Shown here piece after piece: positions 46,600 to 55,502 of a stretch of 64,000 nt of DNA. The position numbers and the translations under genes were made by a program. The DNA comes from a bacterium (GTDB lineage: Bacteria > Patescibacteriota > Minisyncoccia > Ryanbacterales > GWA2-47-10b). The DNA lies in NCBI GenBank assembly GCA_027624915.1, contig JAQBTR010000001.1:35609-99608 (forward strand), in the 5' to 3' direction. How positions within the stretch are numbered: position 1 is the stretch's first letter; each line of letters begins with the position of its first letter. The notes under the pieces are model-generated. The model had not been told where the DNA came from. It made no database searches and worked only from the letters and a program-made list of their open reading frames with translations.

Positions 46600-46892
46600 A
46601 GAGTTTTATAAAGCTCAAATCCGTTTACTGGTCTCTCAAGGTCTGATTGTCCATCTGCACTGATGGATTTTTCGCGACAATTTTCACACGATTGAATATG
46701 ATCGAGTAACGCCCTAACTAGAGGGGTGATTGATGTGTGAGTCGAGGCTTTTTCAAATTGAGCCTCAAAATTCGCACACGTGACTTTCAGATCGTTCATC
46801 GCGGCCAGTAAATCAGAAGGAGTAATGGGATTAAAAGTACAACTTCTACGCCAAGTGCAGACACAAGGCATCTGTACATGGGGAAATCCCAA
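46596..46892 (-). CDS. Small protein with an HxxxCxxC motif, putative zinc-finger anti-sigma-like.
   Basis: ...LLDHIQSCENCRE... (H-x3-C-x2-C). Confidence 0.35.
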   Translation of the reverse strand: MGFPHVQMPCVCTWRRSCTFNPITPSDLLAAMNDLKVTCANFEAQFEKASTHTSITPLVRALLDHIQSCENCREKSISADGQSDLERPVNGFELYKTL

Positions 46893-46994
46893 ATGCTATC
46901 GTTCATTCCAAACTCGTCGCGCTTGGTTTTCATGCCCACTCCTATTTCCGATAGGAGATTGCAACAAAAAACTTAATAAGTCAATCTTTCTTAT

Positions 46995-47288
46995 TTAAGC
47001 TTTTTGTTTTGGAGCTCTGCGCCCCCATTCGATAACACCCCAAATACGTTCGTGGCCATAGTAAAATAGTAGTTTTAATACAACCTCAAGTGCTCCGATT
47101 TCTGCAGCTATAGTTAGATTCCCAGTAAAAATCCAAACAAGAAAAAACGTTATAATTGTAGCAACTGCGCGCCAACTAACCGTTTTGATAATGCTTCGAC
47201 TCTGCGATTCTTTGCACTCACAAGGGCTTTTGTGTTTTATTTTCTGTGCGTCTTCAATTACTCTTTCGGGTGTAATGATATCATCCAT
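46995..47288 (-). CDS. Small 2-TM membrane protein, DUF2061-like.
   Basis: ...KTVSWRAVATIITFFLVWIFTGNLTIAAEIGALEVVLKLLFYYGHERIW... Confidence 0.45.
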   Translation of the reverse strand: MDDIITPERVIEDAQKIKHKSPCECKESQSRSIIKTVSWRAVATIITFFLVWIFTGNLTIAAEIGALEVVLKLLFYYGHERIWGVIEWGRRAPKQKA

Positions 47289-47324
47289 TGATATGTATTA
47301 TAACGTAGCGTACGTGATACACAA

Positions 47325-48296
47325 CTATCCCTGACTTTTTTTGTTAGATAGGCTAGATAATATTTTTTCAACCGCCTTTATATCATCATCTTTTAATATA
47401 GAGAGACCCATTACCTTTTTGCTGTGTTTTTTGAGGATCGTTATTTTTTTCTTAAGCTCCTTTTCGTCTACTTCGTCACTTTTGCTTACAAATATATATT
47501 CTGGCTTGTCCATTAGTTCTGGATTATGTGCTTTGAGTTCTTTTCGTATTGTTTTGTAGTCGGCAACTGGAGTGGTGGATTCCGCGGATATAAAATGAAA
47601 TAACGTGCCAGTTCGTTCTACATGGCGCAAAAATTTTATTCCGAGACCCTTCCCTTTCGAGGCCCCCTCAATAAGTCCTGGGATGTCAGCTAAGATGAGG
47701 TCATGATATACACCAAGTGCTGGTTCAAGTGTAGTAAATGGGTAGTTAGCAACCTTACTTTGCGTATTGGTGATTTCGTTAATGAGGCTTGATTTGCCAA
47801 CATTTGGAAGACCAACAAAACCAACGTCAGCAATAAGCTTAAGCTCAAGACGTAACTCGAACTCTTCTCCAGGAAGTCCGGGTTGAGTTTGGGTAGGGCT
47901 CGTGTTGGTGGGTGAGCGGAAGCGATAGTTTCCCTTTCCTCCGAAGCCTCCTTTGGCGAACAATGTTTTTTCGCCGATAATTAAAACTTCTATGTCTTTT
48001 TTTGTGGTGAGGTTATGAATGACGGTCCCAACTGGGATTTTAATAACAAGGTCTTCTCCATGAGCACCATCATTGAGTTGTATTTTACCAGCTTCACCAT
48101 CCTCTGCTCTCACTTCTTTTTTGTATCTAAATTGATTCAATAGGTCGATATTGGACGATCCCTCTATATATATATTGCCGCCACGCCCTCCAGAACCTCC
48201 AGTTGGTCCCAAAGCAAGCGCATTCTTATCAAATGCGGACTTTCCAGGGCCACCGTGACCGGCAGCTAATGTGATTGTTATATCATCAATAAGCAT
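47325..48296 (-). CDS. obg: GTPase Obg/CgtA.
   Basis: Obg fold with Gly-rich loops (GGPGKS..., GGSGGRGGN, GGFGGKGN); G domain ADVGFVGLPNVGKSSL, ...DIPGLIEGA... Confidence 0.9.
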   Translation of the reverse strand: MLIDDITITLAAGHGGPGKSAFDKNALALGPTGGSGGRGGNIYIEGSSNIDLLNQFRYKKEVRAEDGEAGKIQLNDGAHGEDLVIKIPVGTVIHNLTTKKDIEVLIIGEKTLFAKGGFGGKGNYRFRSPTNTSPTQTQPGLPGEEFELRLELKLIADVGFVGLPNVGKSSLINEITNTQSKVANYPFTTLEPALGVYHDLILADIPGLIEGASKGKGLGIKFLRHVERTGTLFHFISAESTTPVADYKTIRKELKAHNPELMDKPEYIFVSKSDEVDEKELKKKITILKKHSKKVMGLSILKDDDIKAVEKILSSLSNKKSQG

Positions 48297-48339
48297 AAAG
48301 TAGTTGTGGGGCTACTACCAAACTTCATTTCTACCAAAA

Positions 48340-48436
48340 TCTCTAAATTTCGGCTACAACGTGTCAAAAGTTTTTTACCAATACCTATGGCATTAAGCTC
48401 AAAATTTTTGACTACGTTTCGCTCAAAATTTAGAGA
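48340..48436. repeat. Copy B of the ~95-nt intergenic repeat family. Its ends are perfect 10-bp inverted repeats, ctctaaattt / aaatttagag.
   Basis: Aligns by eye with copies A and C; internal tcaaaagtttttt / aaaatttttgac complementarity suggests a long hairpin. Confidence 0.7.
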
Positions 48437-48486
48437 CCCTGCTAACGAAAGCAAGTTTAGGAGTAGCCCCATTGTAGCGTGTATTG

Positions 48487-48515
48487 TCTTTAATCCAAAA
48501 AAACATCCTCGCACG
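48487..48515 (-). terminator. Minus-strand terminator atcctcgca-cgt-tgcgaggat plus T7 on the minus strand, after the oxidoreductase gene.
   Basis: Perfect 9-bp stem; A7 on the plus strand equals a T-run on the minus strand. Confidence 0.65.
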
Positions 48516-48524
48516 TTGCGAGGA

Positions 48525-50165
48525 TTAGAATCGGAGCATTTCGGCTGCTGCATTTCGACCGCAGATTCCCATGACGCCACCACCAGGATGACTAGCCGCT
48601 CCACACAAAAACAGGTTTTTGATTGGAGTTGTATGGTCGGCCCATCCGGCGACAGGTCTAAATGAAAAGAGCTGATGGGGGAGCATTGCCCCCTGAAAGA
48701 TGTTTCCACCAGTAAGACCGTATCTTGCCTCAATGTCAGGTGGCGCGAGCACTTCGCGATGGATGATTGAATTTCTAAATCCAGGTGCATACTGCTCGAT
48801 TTCTTGAGTACACAGATCCCCAAACCATTCGCGCTTATCATCCCACGTTCCGTCTCTTAGCTCGTACGGAGCGTATTGCACAAATATGTTCATGACATGA
48901 TGACCACTTCCTTCAGGTACGAGCGTTTTATCGATACTCGTTGGAAGTGTCATCTCGAGCACGGGTTCGTCGCTTGGATGCCCCATGAGCGCATCATGAT
49001 ATGCTTGCTCTATGTATCTGACATCAGGTGAGATGTGCATCGTACCCATATGGCACTCACCAATCCTGCCACCTGTTGGGAATGCAGTGAATCTTGGAGG
49101 TTCAGAAAGCACAAGATTGATTTTTGCTGATGCGGACGAGTAGTCAATTTTTTCTACTTCCTGTGCGAATAGCACAGGAAGTTCTTTTCGATCAACAAAG
49201 TGTAGAAAGGTATGATTAGCGTCCACGCTTGAAGCAATTTGTCTTGCATTAATGACAGTACCATCTTTGAGTTCGACAGCGCGTGCTTCTCCACCTATGA
49301 CAAAAATTTTGCCGACAGGTGATTCGCGCTTGATATCAACACCCAGGTCAAGACATGTTTTTTTGAGTGCACTGGCCAGTCCGCCCATGCCTCCACGGAC
49401 GTAGCCCCATACTCCACGAGCTCCACCCGCATCTCCCATTACGTGATGCAAGAGTACATAGGCACTACCAGGTGAGGACGGTGGCATGAAGGCGCCAATG
49501 ATGGCGTCTGTTGCGAGCGTTGCTTTGAGTGCATCGGTCTCGAACCATCTATCAAGAATAGGAGTCGCAGCACCTGTCAAAAACCTGATGGCATCCGGAA
49601 CATCATGCCCCAGTGAAATAGCAGACTTAAAGAGGGTAAAGAGTTTACGCGCATCGCGCATTCGTTTTGTGACACCCATCTGACGCCAAAAGTGTCCCAT
49701 TGGTATAATATCGGGAGCCGCCATCTGAATCGCGGGCTCGATTGCATCAGCAATGCGTTCAAGCAATGCTTCGTATGCGGGGTACCTTTCTGCATCAGTT
49801 TTACTAAAGCGCGAAATTTCTTCTTGGTTACGAACCATGTCTGCCCCTAAGATGAGGCTTCGATTATCAAGGAGTGGCGTAAACGAAGATGGTACTCGAG
49901 GTAGGATCTCGAGACCATTTTGCTTAAGTTTGAGACTATCAATGATGTCACTTGGCATGAGACTTAGAACGTATGCGGCAGTTGAGATTTTGTATCCCGG
50001 CCACAACTCTTCAGTTGTCGCCGCACCTCCAAGCACATGACGTCGCTCAAGTACGCAAACCTTCTTACCGGCTTTTGCCAAATAAGCAGCACACACAAGT
50101 CCATTGTGTCCGCCACCAATGATGATCGCGTCGTAGTCATGCTCTTCCATCACGATTCCTTTCAA
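48525..50165 (-). CDS. FAD-dependent oxidoreductase, phytoene desaturase (CrtI)-like / amine-oxidase family.
   Basis: N-terminal dinucleotide fold YDAIIIGGGHNGLVCAAYLAKAGKKVCVLERR; 546 aa; C-terminal ...GAASHPGGGV... Confidence 0.75.
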   Translation of the reverse strand: MKGIVMEEHDYDAIIIGGGHNGLVCAAYLAKAGKKVCVLERRHVLGGAATTEELWPGYKISTAAYVLSLMPSDIIDSLKLKQNGLEILPRVPSSFTPLLDNRSLILGADMVRNQEEISRFSKTDAERYPAYEALLERIADAIEPAIQMAAPDIIPMGHFWRQMGVTKRMRDARKLFTLFKSAISLGHDVPDAIRFLTGAATPILDRWFETDALKATLATDAIIGAFMPPSSPGSAYVLLHHVMGDAGGARGVWGYVRGGMGGLASALKKTCLDLGVDIKRESPVGKIFVIGGEARAVELKDGTVINARQIASSVDANHTFLHFVDRKELPVLFAQEVEKIDYSSASAKINLVLSEPPRFTAFPTGGRIGECHMGTMHISPDVRYIEQAYHDALMGHPSDEPVLEMTLPTSIDKTLVPEGSGHHVMNIFVQYAPYELRDGTWDDKREWFGDLCTQEIEQYAPGFRNSIIHREVLAPPDIEARYGLTGGNIFQGAMLPHQLFSFRPVAGWADHTTPIKNLFLCGAASHPGGGVMGICGRNAAAEMLRF

Positions 50166-50275
50166 TGTTTTTCTAGCTACACACTAAGCCGTGAGTAGTA
50201 TTTGGTCAAATAAAAAAGACACGAGTAAAGCCGCATGTGCGCGCGGCTTTTACAGTTGGACCTAACTCTTTCAAT

Positions 50276-50299
50276 AAAAAAGCCCGCACATGGTGCGGG
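50276..50299 (-). terminator. Minus-strand terminator cccgcac-atg-gtgcggg plus T6 on the minus strand, after the 50310 gene. A G9/C9 homopolymer follows at 50301-50309.
   Basis: Perfect 7-bp GC stem; A6 on the plus strand. Confidence 0.6.
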
Positions 50300-50309
50300 A
50301 GGGGGGGGG

Positions 50310-50540
50310 TTAGTGAGGAGTTAGGCAAACTCGGTGAGTTTTTCCAGCAGAGTCTTTTACGGCTACAACCACAGGACCCTCACCAGGTTCTAGTGTCTGT
50401 ACCCGTAGTACCGTAGACATATCAGCATCAGGAACGATTGATTCCACGCGTTCCATTTCTTCCACGGTATACGTGGCGAGTCCAGCATCTTCCACTAAAT
50501 CTCGGACTGTTGCTATGAAGTCGTCTTTAGGGTTTGGCAT
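50310..50540 (-). CDS. Hypothetical protein of 76 aa.
   Basis: RBS aaggtg upstream; terminator downstream. Confidence 0.5.
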   Translation of the reverse strand: MPNPKDDFIATVRDLVEDAGLATYTVEEMERVESIVPDADMSTVLRVQTLEPGEGPVVVAVKDSAGKTHRVCLTPH

Positions 50541-50717
50541 GTGCTACACCTTTCTCTTGATGTACCGTAGGACTCCTTTGTGATGTGCAGTTCGAAAAAA
50601 CAATATCATGAAAAAAGCAAAAAGTCAACGGCTCATCATGAGCCGTTAAATATGCTAGTATAAAAACATAGATAAAATAGGACTCGTTTAGTTGGAGATT
50701 ACAATTAATTTTAAAAC

Positions 50718-50954
50718 ATGAAGAAATTAACATGTGTTGATCTTGGTGGTCCTGAGGATTGCCCAGCAGAGTTTGAGGCAGGTACGTTTGATGACATGGG
50801 CGAAAAGTGTAAGTCTCATGTCATGGAAAGGTTCCAGGCAGGAGATGAGGCTCACACGACAGCAATGAACAAGATGAAGAGTGCAACGACCGAACAACAA
50901 CAAGCGATAATGGAGGGGTATCGCAAGAAGTTCCAAGAAACTCCAGACGAGTAA
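50718..50954 (+). CDS. Small protein, DUF1059-like.
   Basis: MKKLTCVDLGGPEDCPAEFEAGTFDDMGEKCKSHVMERF... resembles the C.D.G..C...EEL...H pattern of DUF1059. Confidence 0.4.
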   Translation: MKKLTCVDLGGPEDCPAEFEAGTFDDMGEKCKSHVMERFQAGDEAHTTAMNKMKSATTEQQQAIMEGYRKKFQETPDE

Positions 50955-50988
50955 AGGGACTACTTCAAAACTCCACTTCTGACAAAAC

Positions 50989-51084
50989 TCCTAAATTTCA
51001 GTTGCAGCTAGGTAAAAATTTTTCATCAATACCTCCGGCATTAGATTCAAAATTTTTACCTTCGCTTCACTCGAAATTTAAAAT
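50989..51084. repeat. Copy C of the ~95-nt intergenic repeat family.
   Basis: ctaaatttcagttgcagctaggtaaaaatttttcatcaatacctccggcattagattcaaaatttttacc...cactcgaaattta aligns with copies A and B. Confidence 0.7.
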
Positions 51085-51119
51085 TTTTACCAAGAAAGCG
51101 AGCTTTGAAATAATCCCAT

Positions 51120-51152
51120 AAAAAACTCTAGAGTTAACTCTAGAGTTTTTTT
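51120..51152. terminator. Bidirectional terminator aaaaaa-ctctagag-ttaa-ctctagag-ttttttt.
   Basis: Perfect stem flanked by an A6 and a T7 run. Confidence 0.7.
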
Positions 51153-51204
51153 GTCCATTAAAATAAGTTATCCAGTGCTGACATAATGAGCTCTTTGGGT
51201 TATC

Positions 51205-51567
51205 TTGGTCTCTATGAAATCAGCACAAGAAATTTTCGATCGGATGCAAGAGGTTAAAGTCGAACAGCGCGAGCTACGCCGAGCGTATAAAGATACGCTT
51301 GATAACATGACTGACTACAGAGAACTAGTAGACCAGTACAACAAGGCCAGAGACAAAAAACTATCTATAGAGCACAAAGTTAAGCAGGATTCGGCTAACG
51401 AATTCGCCAAGCTCGAGACCATGAAGATGAATCTTAAGAGCGACCAAGAGATGTTAAGTGATATCGCGCTTACAACTATGATGAAGGGGGAGCAGGTGGA
51501 AATAACTGACCAGCACCAAAACGAATACGAACCAGTATTTTCAGTAAAGTTCAAAAAAAGGACCTAA
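51205..51567 (+). CDS. Hypothetical coiled-coil protein of 120 aa.
   Basis: ORF only. Confidence 0.45.
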   Translation: MVSMKSAQEIFDRMQEVKVEQRELRRAYKDTLDNMTDYRELVDQYNKARDKKLSIEHKVKQDSANEFAKLETMKMNLKSDQEMLSDIALTTMMKGEQVEITDQHQNEYEPVFSVKFKKRT

Positions 51568-51725
51568 AATTCAACGGCTCACCACAAGGGCATTTCCATT
51601 TTTATACTCTTTCCAGCCGTTAAAAATTAGGTCACATATATAAGCCGTTGAATTTTTGCATGAGAAAAGCCACCCATCGGGGTGACTTTCGCAGATCGGC
51701 TAGGACTCTGCGGATCCTTAGGTCT

Positions 51726-51935
51726 TCAGGCGATGTTGATGGTTTGCGGTATACTTCCGACGCCATCTTCACACCATGGGCCGGAGTCACCGAACATTTT
51801 GTGAGGTGCTATGACCCAGTTCATTTCCTCGCCATGGCCGGACTCCTCGAGCTCTTCTTGTTCGATGCTCGAGAGGCTGGCCGGGATGATTTGGTGCACA
51901 GACTGACACGAACAGCACACTCCTTCTTTTGTCAT
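51726..51935 (-). CDS. Possible small protein of 69 aa in a GC-richer segment just downstream of ssrA.
   Basis: aggaaa 4 nt upstream of the ATG; hairpin plus U-tract downstream on the minus strand. The overlapping plus-strand ORF 51648..52049 runs into the tmRNA gene and is judged spurious. Confidence 0.3.
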   Translation of the reverse strand: MTKEGVCCSCQSVHQIIPASLSSIEQEELEESGHGEEMNWVIAPHKMFGDSGPWCEDGVGSIPQTINIA

Positions 51936-51983
51936 GAGCTTTCCTGTTCGATTCCGCTTTTACCTATCCACCAACAAAAAACA

Positions 51984-52006
51984 CGGACACAAGGTCCGTA
52001 TTTTTT
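51984..52006. terminator. Hairpin cggac-acaag-gtccg with flanking T-runs on both strands; terminates ssrA on the minus strand.
   Basis: Located immediately 3' of the tmRNA CCA end. Confidence 0.5.
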
Positions 52007-52008
52007 AT

Positions 52009-52351
52009 TGGTGGAGACGGGCGGAATCGAACCGCCGTCCGAAGAGTAATATAGAAAGAATTTGTTACAAGCTTGTCTAGTTTTTAAGGCTAGAGGTTTG
52101 CTCGATGGGGTGTCGCGATACCGTATCGAGCAGTAGTATCGCCAAGCTCGAATTTATAACACCGGTTACCAGACAGTCGAGCGCCAACTGGGCCGATGGC
52201 CTATGCTATTTAAGCGTAGGCGGGTACGAGCTCTCGCTCGCCAAATAAGTTTGCACTTATCAAGTACACGGACAGTTTTGAAAGAGTTAGCCGTGTCGGC
52301 TCTTGCTTGATCCCTAATATAAAAGCTTCCCCGTCGAAGCCTAGCGTCCCC
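52009..52351 (-). ncRNA. ssrA: tmRNA (transfer-messenger RNA, SsrA), ~343 nt with an encoded CCA end. Predicted tag reading frame resumes at GCA-AAC and reads ANLFGERELVPAYA-stop (UAA at 52210-52212).
   Basis: 5' end GGGGACGCUAGGCUUCGACGGGG (compare E. coli GGGGCUGAUUCUGGAUUCGACGGG). 3' end GGCGGUUCGAUUCCGCCCGUCUCCACCA (T-arm + acceptor + CCA). A 7-bp acceptor stem can form with one G-U pair. Adjacent to smpB. Confidence 0.85.
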
Positions 52352-52422
52352 CGCGCACGATTGATAATGCATCAAAAGAAATGCTTCAATCATGCGCGGC
52401 GAAAGCCAGACATACGCTTTGT

Positions 52423-52866
52423 TTATTCGTACTTGAGAGTTCGGCTGATGTTGCGGTCAGACTCACGCTTTTTAATCTTGTCGCGTTTGTCGAACTTCTT
52501 TTTACCACGTCCAACACCAAATTCAAGTTTTAAGTTTCGACCCTTATTATACAACGAAATAGGCACTAATGTCAAGCCCTTCTCGTGCTCTTTTCCAGCC
52601 AGATAGCTAAGCTCTTTTTTACCTAAAAGAAGCTTGCGCGTACGTCCTACATCATAGTCACTTGGAGTGTTTGCTGATTGGTATGGTGGCACATGTCCTC
52701 CAATTAAAAATGCCTCACTTCCGCGGACAATCACGCGAGCTCCATCGAGCTTTGCATCTCCGCGTCTGATTGCTTTTACTTCATATCCAAAAAGCTCGAT
52801 GCCTGCTTCGAACTTCTCAAGAATCTCATAATCAAAATAAGCTTTTTTGTTTGATGCTAGTGCCAT
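52423..52866 (-). CDS. smpB: SsrA-binding protein SmpB.
   Basis: ...NKKAYFDYEILEKFEAGIELFGYEVKAIRRGDAKLDGARVIVRGSEAFLIGGHVPPYQ... SmpB signature; basic C-terminal tail. Confidence 0.9.
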   Translation of the reverse strand: MALASNKKAYFDYEILEKFEAGIELFGYEVKAIRRGDAKLDGARVIVRGSEAFLIGGHVPPYQSANTPSDYDVGRTRKLLLGKKELSYLAGKEHEKGLTLVPISLYNKGRNLKLEFGVGRGKKKFDKRDKIKKRESDRNISRTLKYE

Positions 52867-52938
52867 ACCTTTAATATAGTATATGTAACGAAATTACGTT
52901 AGAGTAGGGCTATTAGCGACGTATGGCTCGTATTTCCT

Positions 52939-54540
52939 ATGAATATCAACCCAAGACAGGCCGTAAAGGAATTACTATCCAAGGAAATCGGGGACGATGT
53001 CCATTTTTCGGTTGAAATCCCTGAGGTTAAGGGTCGTGGTGACTACTCTACTAATATAGCACTCGCTCGCGCCAAGGTTGAGGGCAAGAATCCTATGGAT
53101 ATGGCCAAAGAGTGGTCAAAAGAGCTTGCTGACAAACACCCTGAGATATTTAGTGAGGTAGTACCACTAGAGCCAGGTTTCATTAATATGCACTTGGCTC
53201 CCAAATATATTTGGAAGCAGGTTGAGGGTTTTCGTAAACGAAAGAAAGCCAAGCGAAAGGGTAGGGCATCAGTTGAGTTTATCTCAGCTAACCCAACAGG
53301 ACCTTTACATATAGGAAATGCGAGGAGTGGTCCAATTGGTGATACCATTTCGAATGTTTTGATGGAGGATGGATACAAAGTAAAAAGAGAATATTTGCAT
53401 AATGACGCGGGAGCTCAAATTGATCGTTTTGGTGAAAGTTTGTGGCACTGGTACCAAGTGGCCATTAATAAACCAAGCGAACTTCCGGAACATGGATATG
53501 AGGGCGAGTATGTAAAAGAAATAGGGCGCGAAGCCGAAGAAAAATTTGGTAAGGAACTTAAAGGTAAGAAGGGGCAAAAAGTGGTAACCGAAATGGCTCT
53601 CGCCAAATTCGAAAAAGAAAATTTTGATGTAATGCGTCACATGGGGGTTGAGTTTGATCTTGTAACCAAAGAAAGCAAGCTCGTCAAGACCAAGACCAAA
53701 AAAGCAATCGAAGATTTGCGCGAGAAGGGACTCCTCGAAGAAAAAGAGGGAGCTACATGGTTTGTACCAAAAGACGAGCACCTCAAGGACCGTGAGACTG
53801 TAGTTATCAAGGGAGATGGCACCTATTTATATTTTGCGAATGACATTGCGTATCACCGCGAAAAGTTTAAAAAAAATGACTTTGTTATTGATATTTTGGG
53901 TGAGAACCATGAGGGGCACGTACCTAAGCTTAAGGCTGTTGCTAATGCCTTTGGTTTTGATGAGAGTAAGTTTGAAGTGCTTATCTATGGTCAGGTTACA
54001 GTCAAGGATGGAGACAAGGTTATATCTATGTCCAAGCGAAAGGGGAACTTTGTAACAGCCGAAGAAGTATTAGAAGAAGTTGGAGTAGATGCCTTTCGAT
54101 ATTTTATGCTTCAGTACGCCCCACGTTCGGGTATGAAGTTCGATCTTGAGCTTGCAAAACAGCAGTCAAAAGTTAATCCTGTCTACTATATACAGTACGC
54201 GCATGCACGCGCTTGTAGTATTTTGGCTAAGGCTGAGACCGAGACACCAGCAAAACCAAAATGGAAAGTACTTGGTACAACACACGAACTCGAGCTTATA
54301 AAAAAATTGATTAGATATCCAGAAATGATGGAAGAAATAGCTCACAGTTTTCAGGTACAGCATTTGGCAAAGTATGCGCACGATTTGGCGCACGCATTCA
54401 CTCGATTTTATGAAAGCACTAAAGTGATTGGCGCTGACGGTGAGCTAGAAGCAAATAGAATCGCACTTGTTACCTTGACTCGCGATACCATCGCACATCT
54501 TTTGAGTCTCATGGGCATCTCAGCCCCAGAACACATGTAG
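52939..54540 (+). CDS. argS: Arginyl-tRNA synthetase.
   Basis: HIGH-class motif ...SANPTGPLHIGNARSG...; N-terminal MNI...; C-terminal DALR anticodon-binding region. Confidence 0.9.
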   Translation: MNINPRQAVKELLSKEIGDDVHFSVEIPEVKGRGDYSTNIALARAKVEGKNPMDMAKEWSKELADKHPEIFSEVVPLEPGFINMHLAPKYIWKQVEGFRKRKKAKRKGRASVEFISANPTGPLHIGNARSGPIGDTISNVLMEDGYKVKREYLHNDAGAQIDRFGESLWHWYQVAINKPSELPEHGYEGEYVKEIGREAEEKFGKELKGKKGQKVVTEMALAKFEKENFDVMRHMGVEFDLVTKESKLVKTKTKKAIEDLREKGLLEEKEGATWFVPKDEHLKDRETVVIKGDGTYLYFANDIAYHREKFKKNDFVIDILGENHEGHVPKLKAVANAFGFDESKFEVLIYGQVTVKDGDKVISMSKRKGNFVTAEEVLEEVGVDAFRYFMLQYAPRSGMKFDLELAKQQSKVNPVYYIQYAHARACSILAKAETETPAKPKWKVLGTTHELELIKKLIRYPEMMEEIAHSFQVQHLAKYAHDLAHAFTRFYESTKVIGADGELEANRIALVTLTRDTIAHLLSLMGISAPEHM

Positions 54541-54582
54541 AGGGTTTGCCACTTACAGAGATTTCCTATATCTTATTTTTAT

Positions 54583-55269
54583 ATGGATATACAAGACCCA
54601 AAGCACATGATAGGCGCATTTCTAGTAATAGTAGTAGTTTTTGCCGGAGGTGTATTTTTATTAAAAGGTAGTGACACCACAGTCGATACTAATAACCAAG
54701 GTCGTGGCGGGGCTATGACCGATGAAGTAACAGCTATGACAGACAAATTAAAAGAGGCATTATCAGAAACAGTTAAAGTAACTATTTCTACAGAGAAGGG
54801 TGACATCAAATTGGATCTATATCCAAAGGTAGCACCAAAGACAGTAGAGAACTTTACCAAGCTCGCACGTGATGGATTCTATGATGGGATTACATTCCAC
54901 CGAGTTATTCAAGAATTTATGATTCAAGGTGGTGACCCAGACGGAACTGGTTCGGGCGGACCTGGTTATAGCTTTGAGGATGAAATTAATCCAGAGTTTC
55001 TTGGTCTCCCATCAGAAGCAATTGCGGCCAACGAAGCACGAGGATATGTGTACAACAAAGACCTAGTATCTTTGCCGAACCTCCCAGGCTCACTTTCAAT
55101 GGCGAACGCTGGCCCAAACACAAATGGTAGCCAATTTTTCATCATCACACGTGAAGCACAATCACACCTCGACGGACTCCACACGGTTTTCGGTCAGGTT
55201 GTTGAAGGCATGGATGTTGTCCTAAACATCGCTCAGGGCGACAAGATGACCAAGGTAACAGTTGAGTAG
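54583..55269 (+). CDS. ppiB: Cyclophilin-type peptidyl-prolyl cis-trans isomerase with an N-terminal TM anchor.
   Basis: ...[15 protein letters not shown]...GSGGPGY...[17 protein letters not shown]...[14 protein letters not shown]... Confidence 0.88.
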   Translation: MDIQDPKHMIGAFLVIVVVFAGGVFLLKGSDTTVDTNNQGRGGAMTDEVTAMTDKLKEALSETVKVTISTEKGDIKLDLYPKVAPKTVENFTKLARDGFYDGITFHRVIQEFMIQGGDPDGTGSGGPGYSFEDEINPEFLGLPSEAIAANEARGYVYNKDLVSLPNLPGSLSMANAGPNTNGSQFFIITREAQSHLDGLHTVFGQVVEGMDVVLNIAQGDKMTKVTVE

Positions 55270-55502
55270 TTAATACTTAAGTAATAAAAAATGCCGGAGT
55301 CTCCGTTTGAGGCTTCGGCTTTTGCTAATTGACACGCAATACGGTACCAAGAATGCTGAGAGCGATGTCTACCATCGCGGTGATAGGCCCTCGGTGAAGA
55401 GGGCGTTTGACCTCCTCTGTTGTTGGCATTGCTGACGATTGATGAATATTCTTCGTGTTCTGATTTGTTGAATAATAACTAAATTTTTAGTACACTGACC
55501 TC

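Noticed and set aside
48306-48665. Plus-strand 119-aa ORF spanning repeat copy B and the 3' end of the oxidoreductase gene.
   Set aside because: It reads through an intergenic repeat and a terminator hairpin and overlaps a well-supported minus-strand gene. Low-complexity translation.
51648-52049. Plus-strand 133-aa ORF downstream of ssrA.
   Set aside because: It begins at a TTG with no RBS, runs through the bidirectional terminator and into the tmRNA 3' end. Its antisense partner 51726..51935 has an RBS-like sequence and a terminator, though that partner is itself low confidence.
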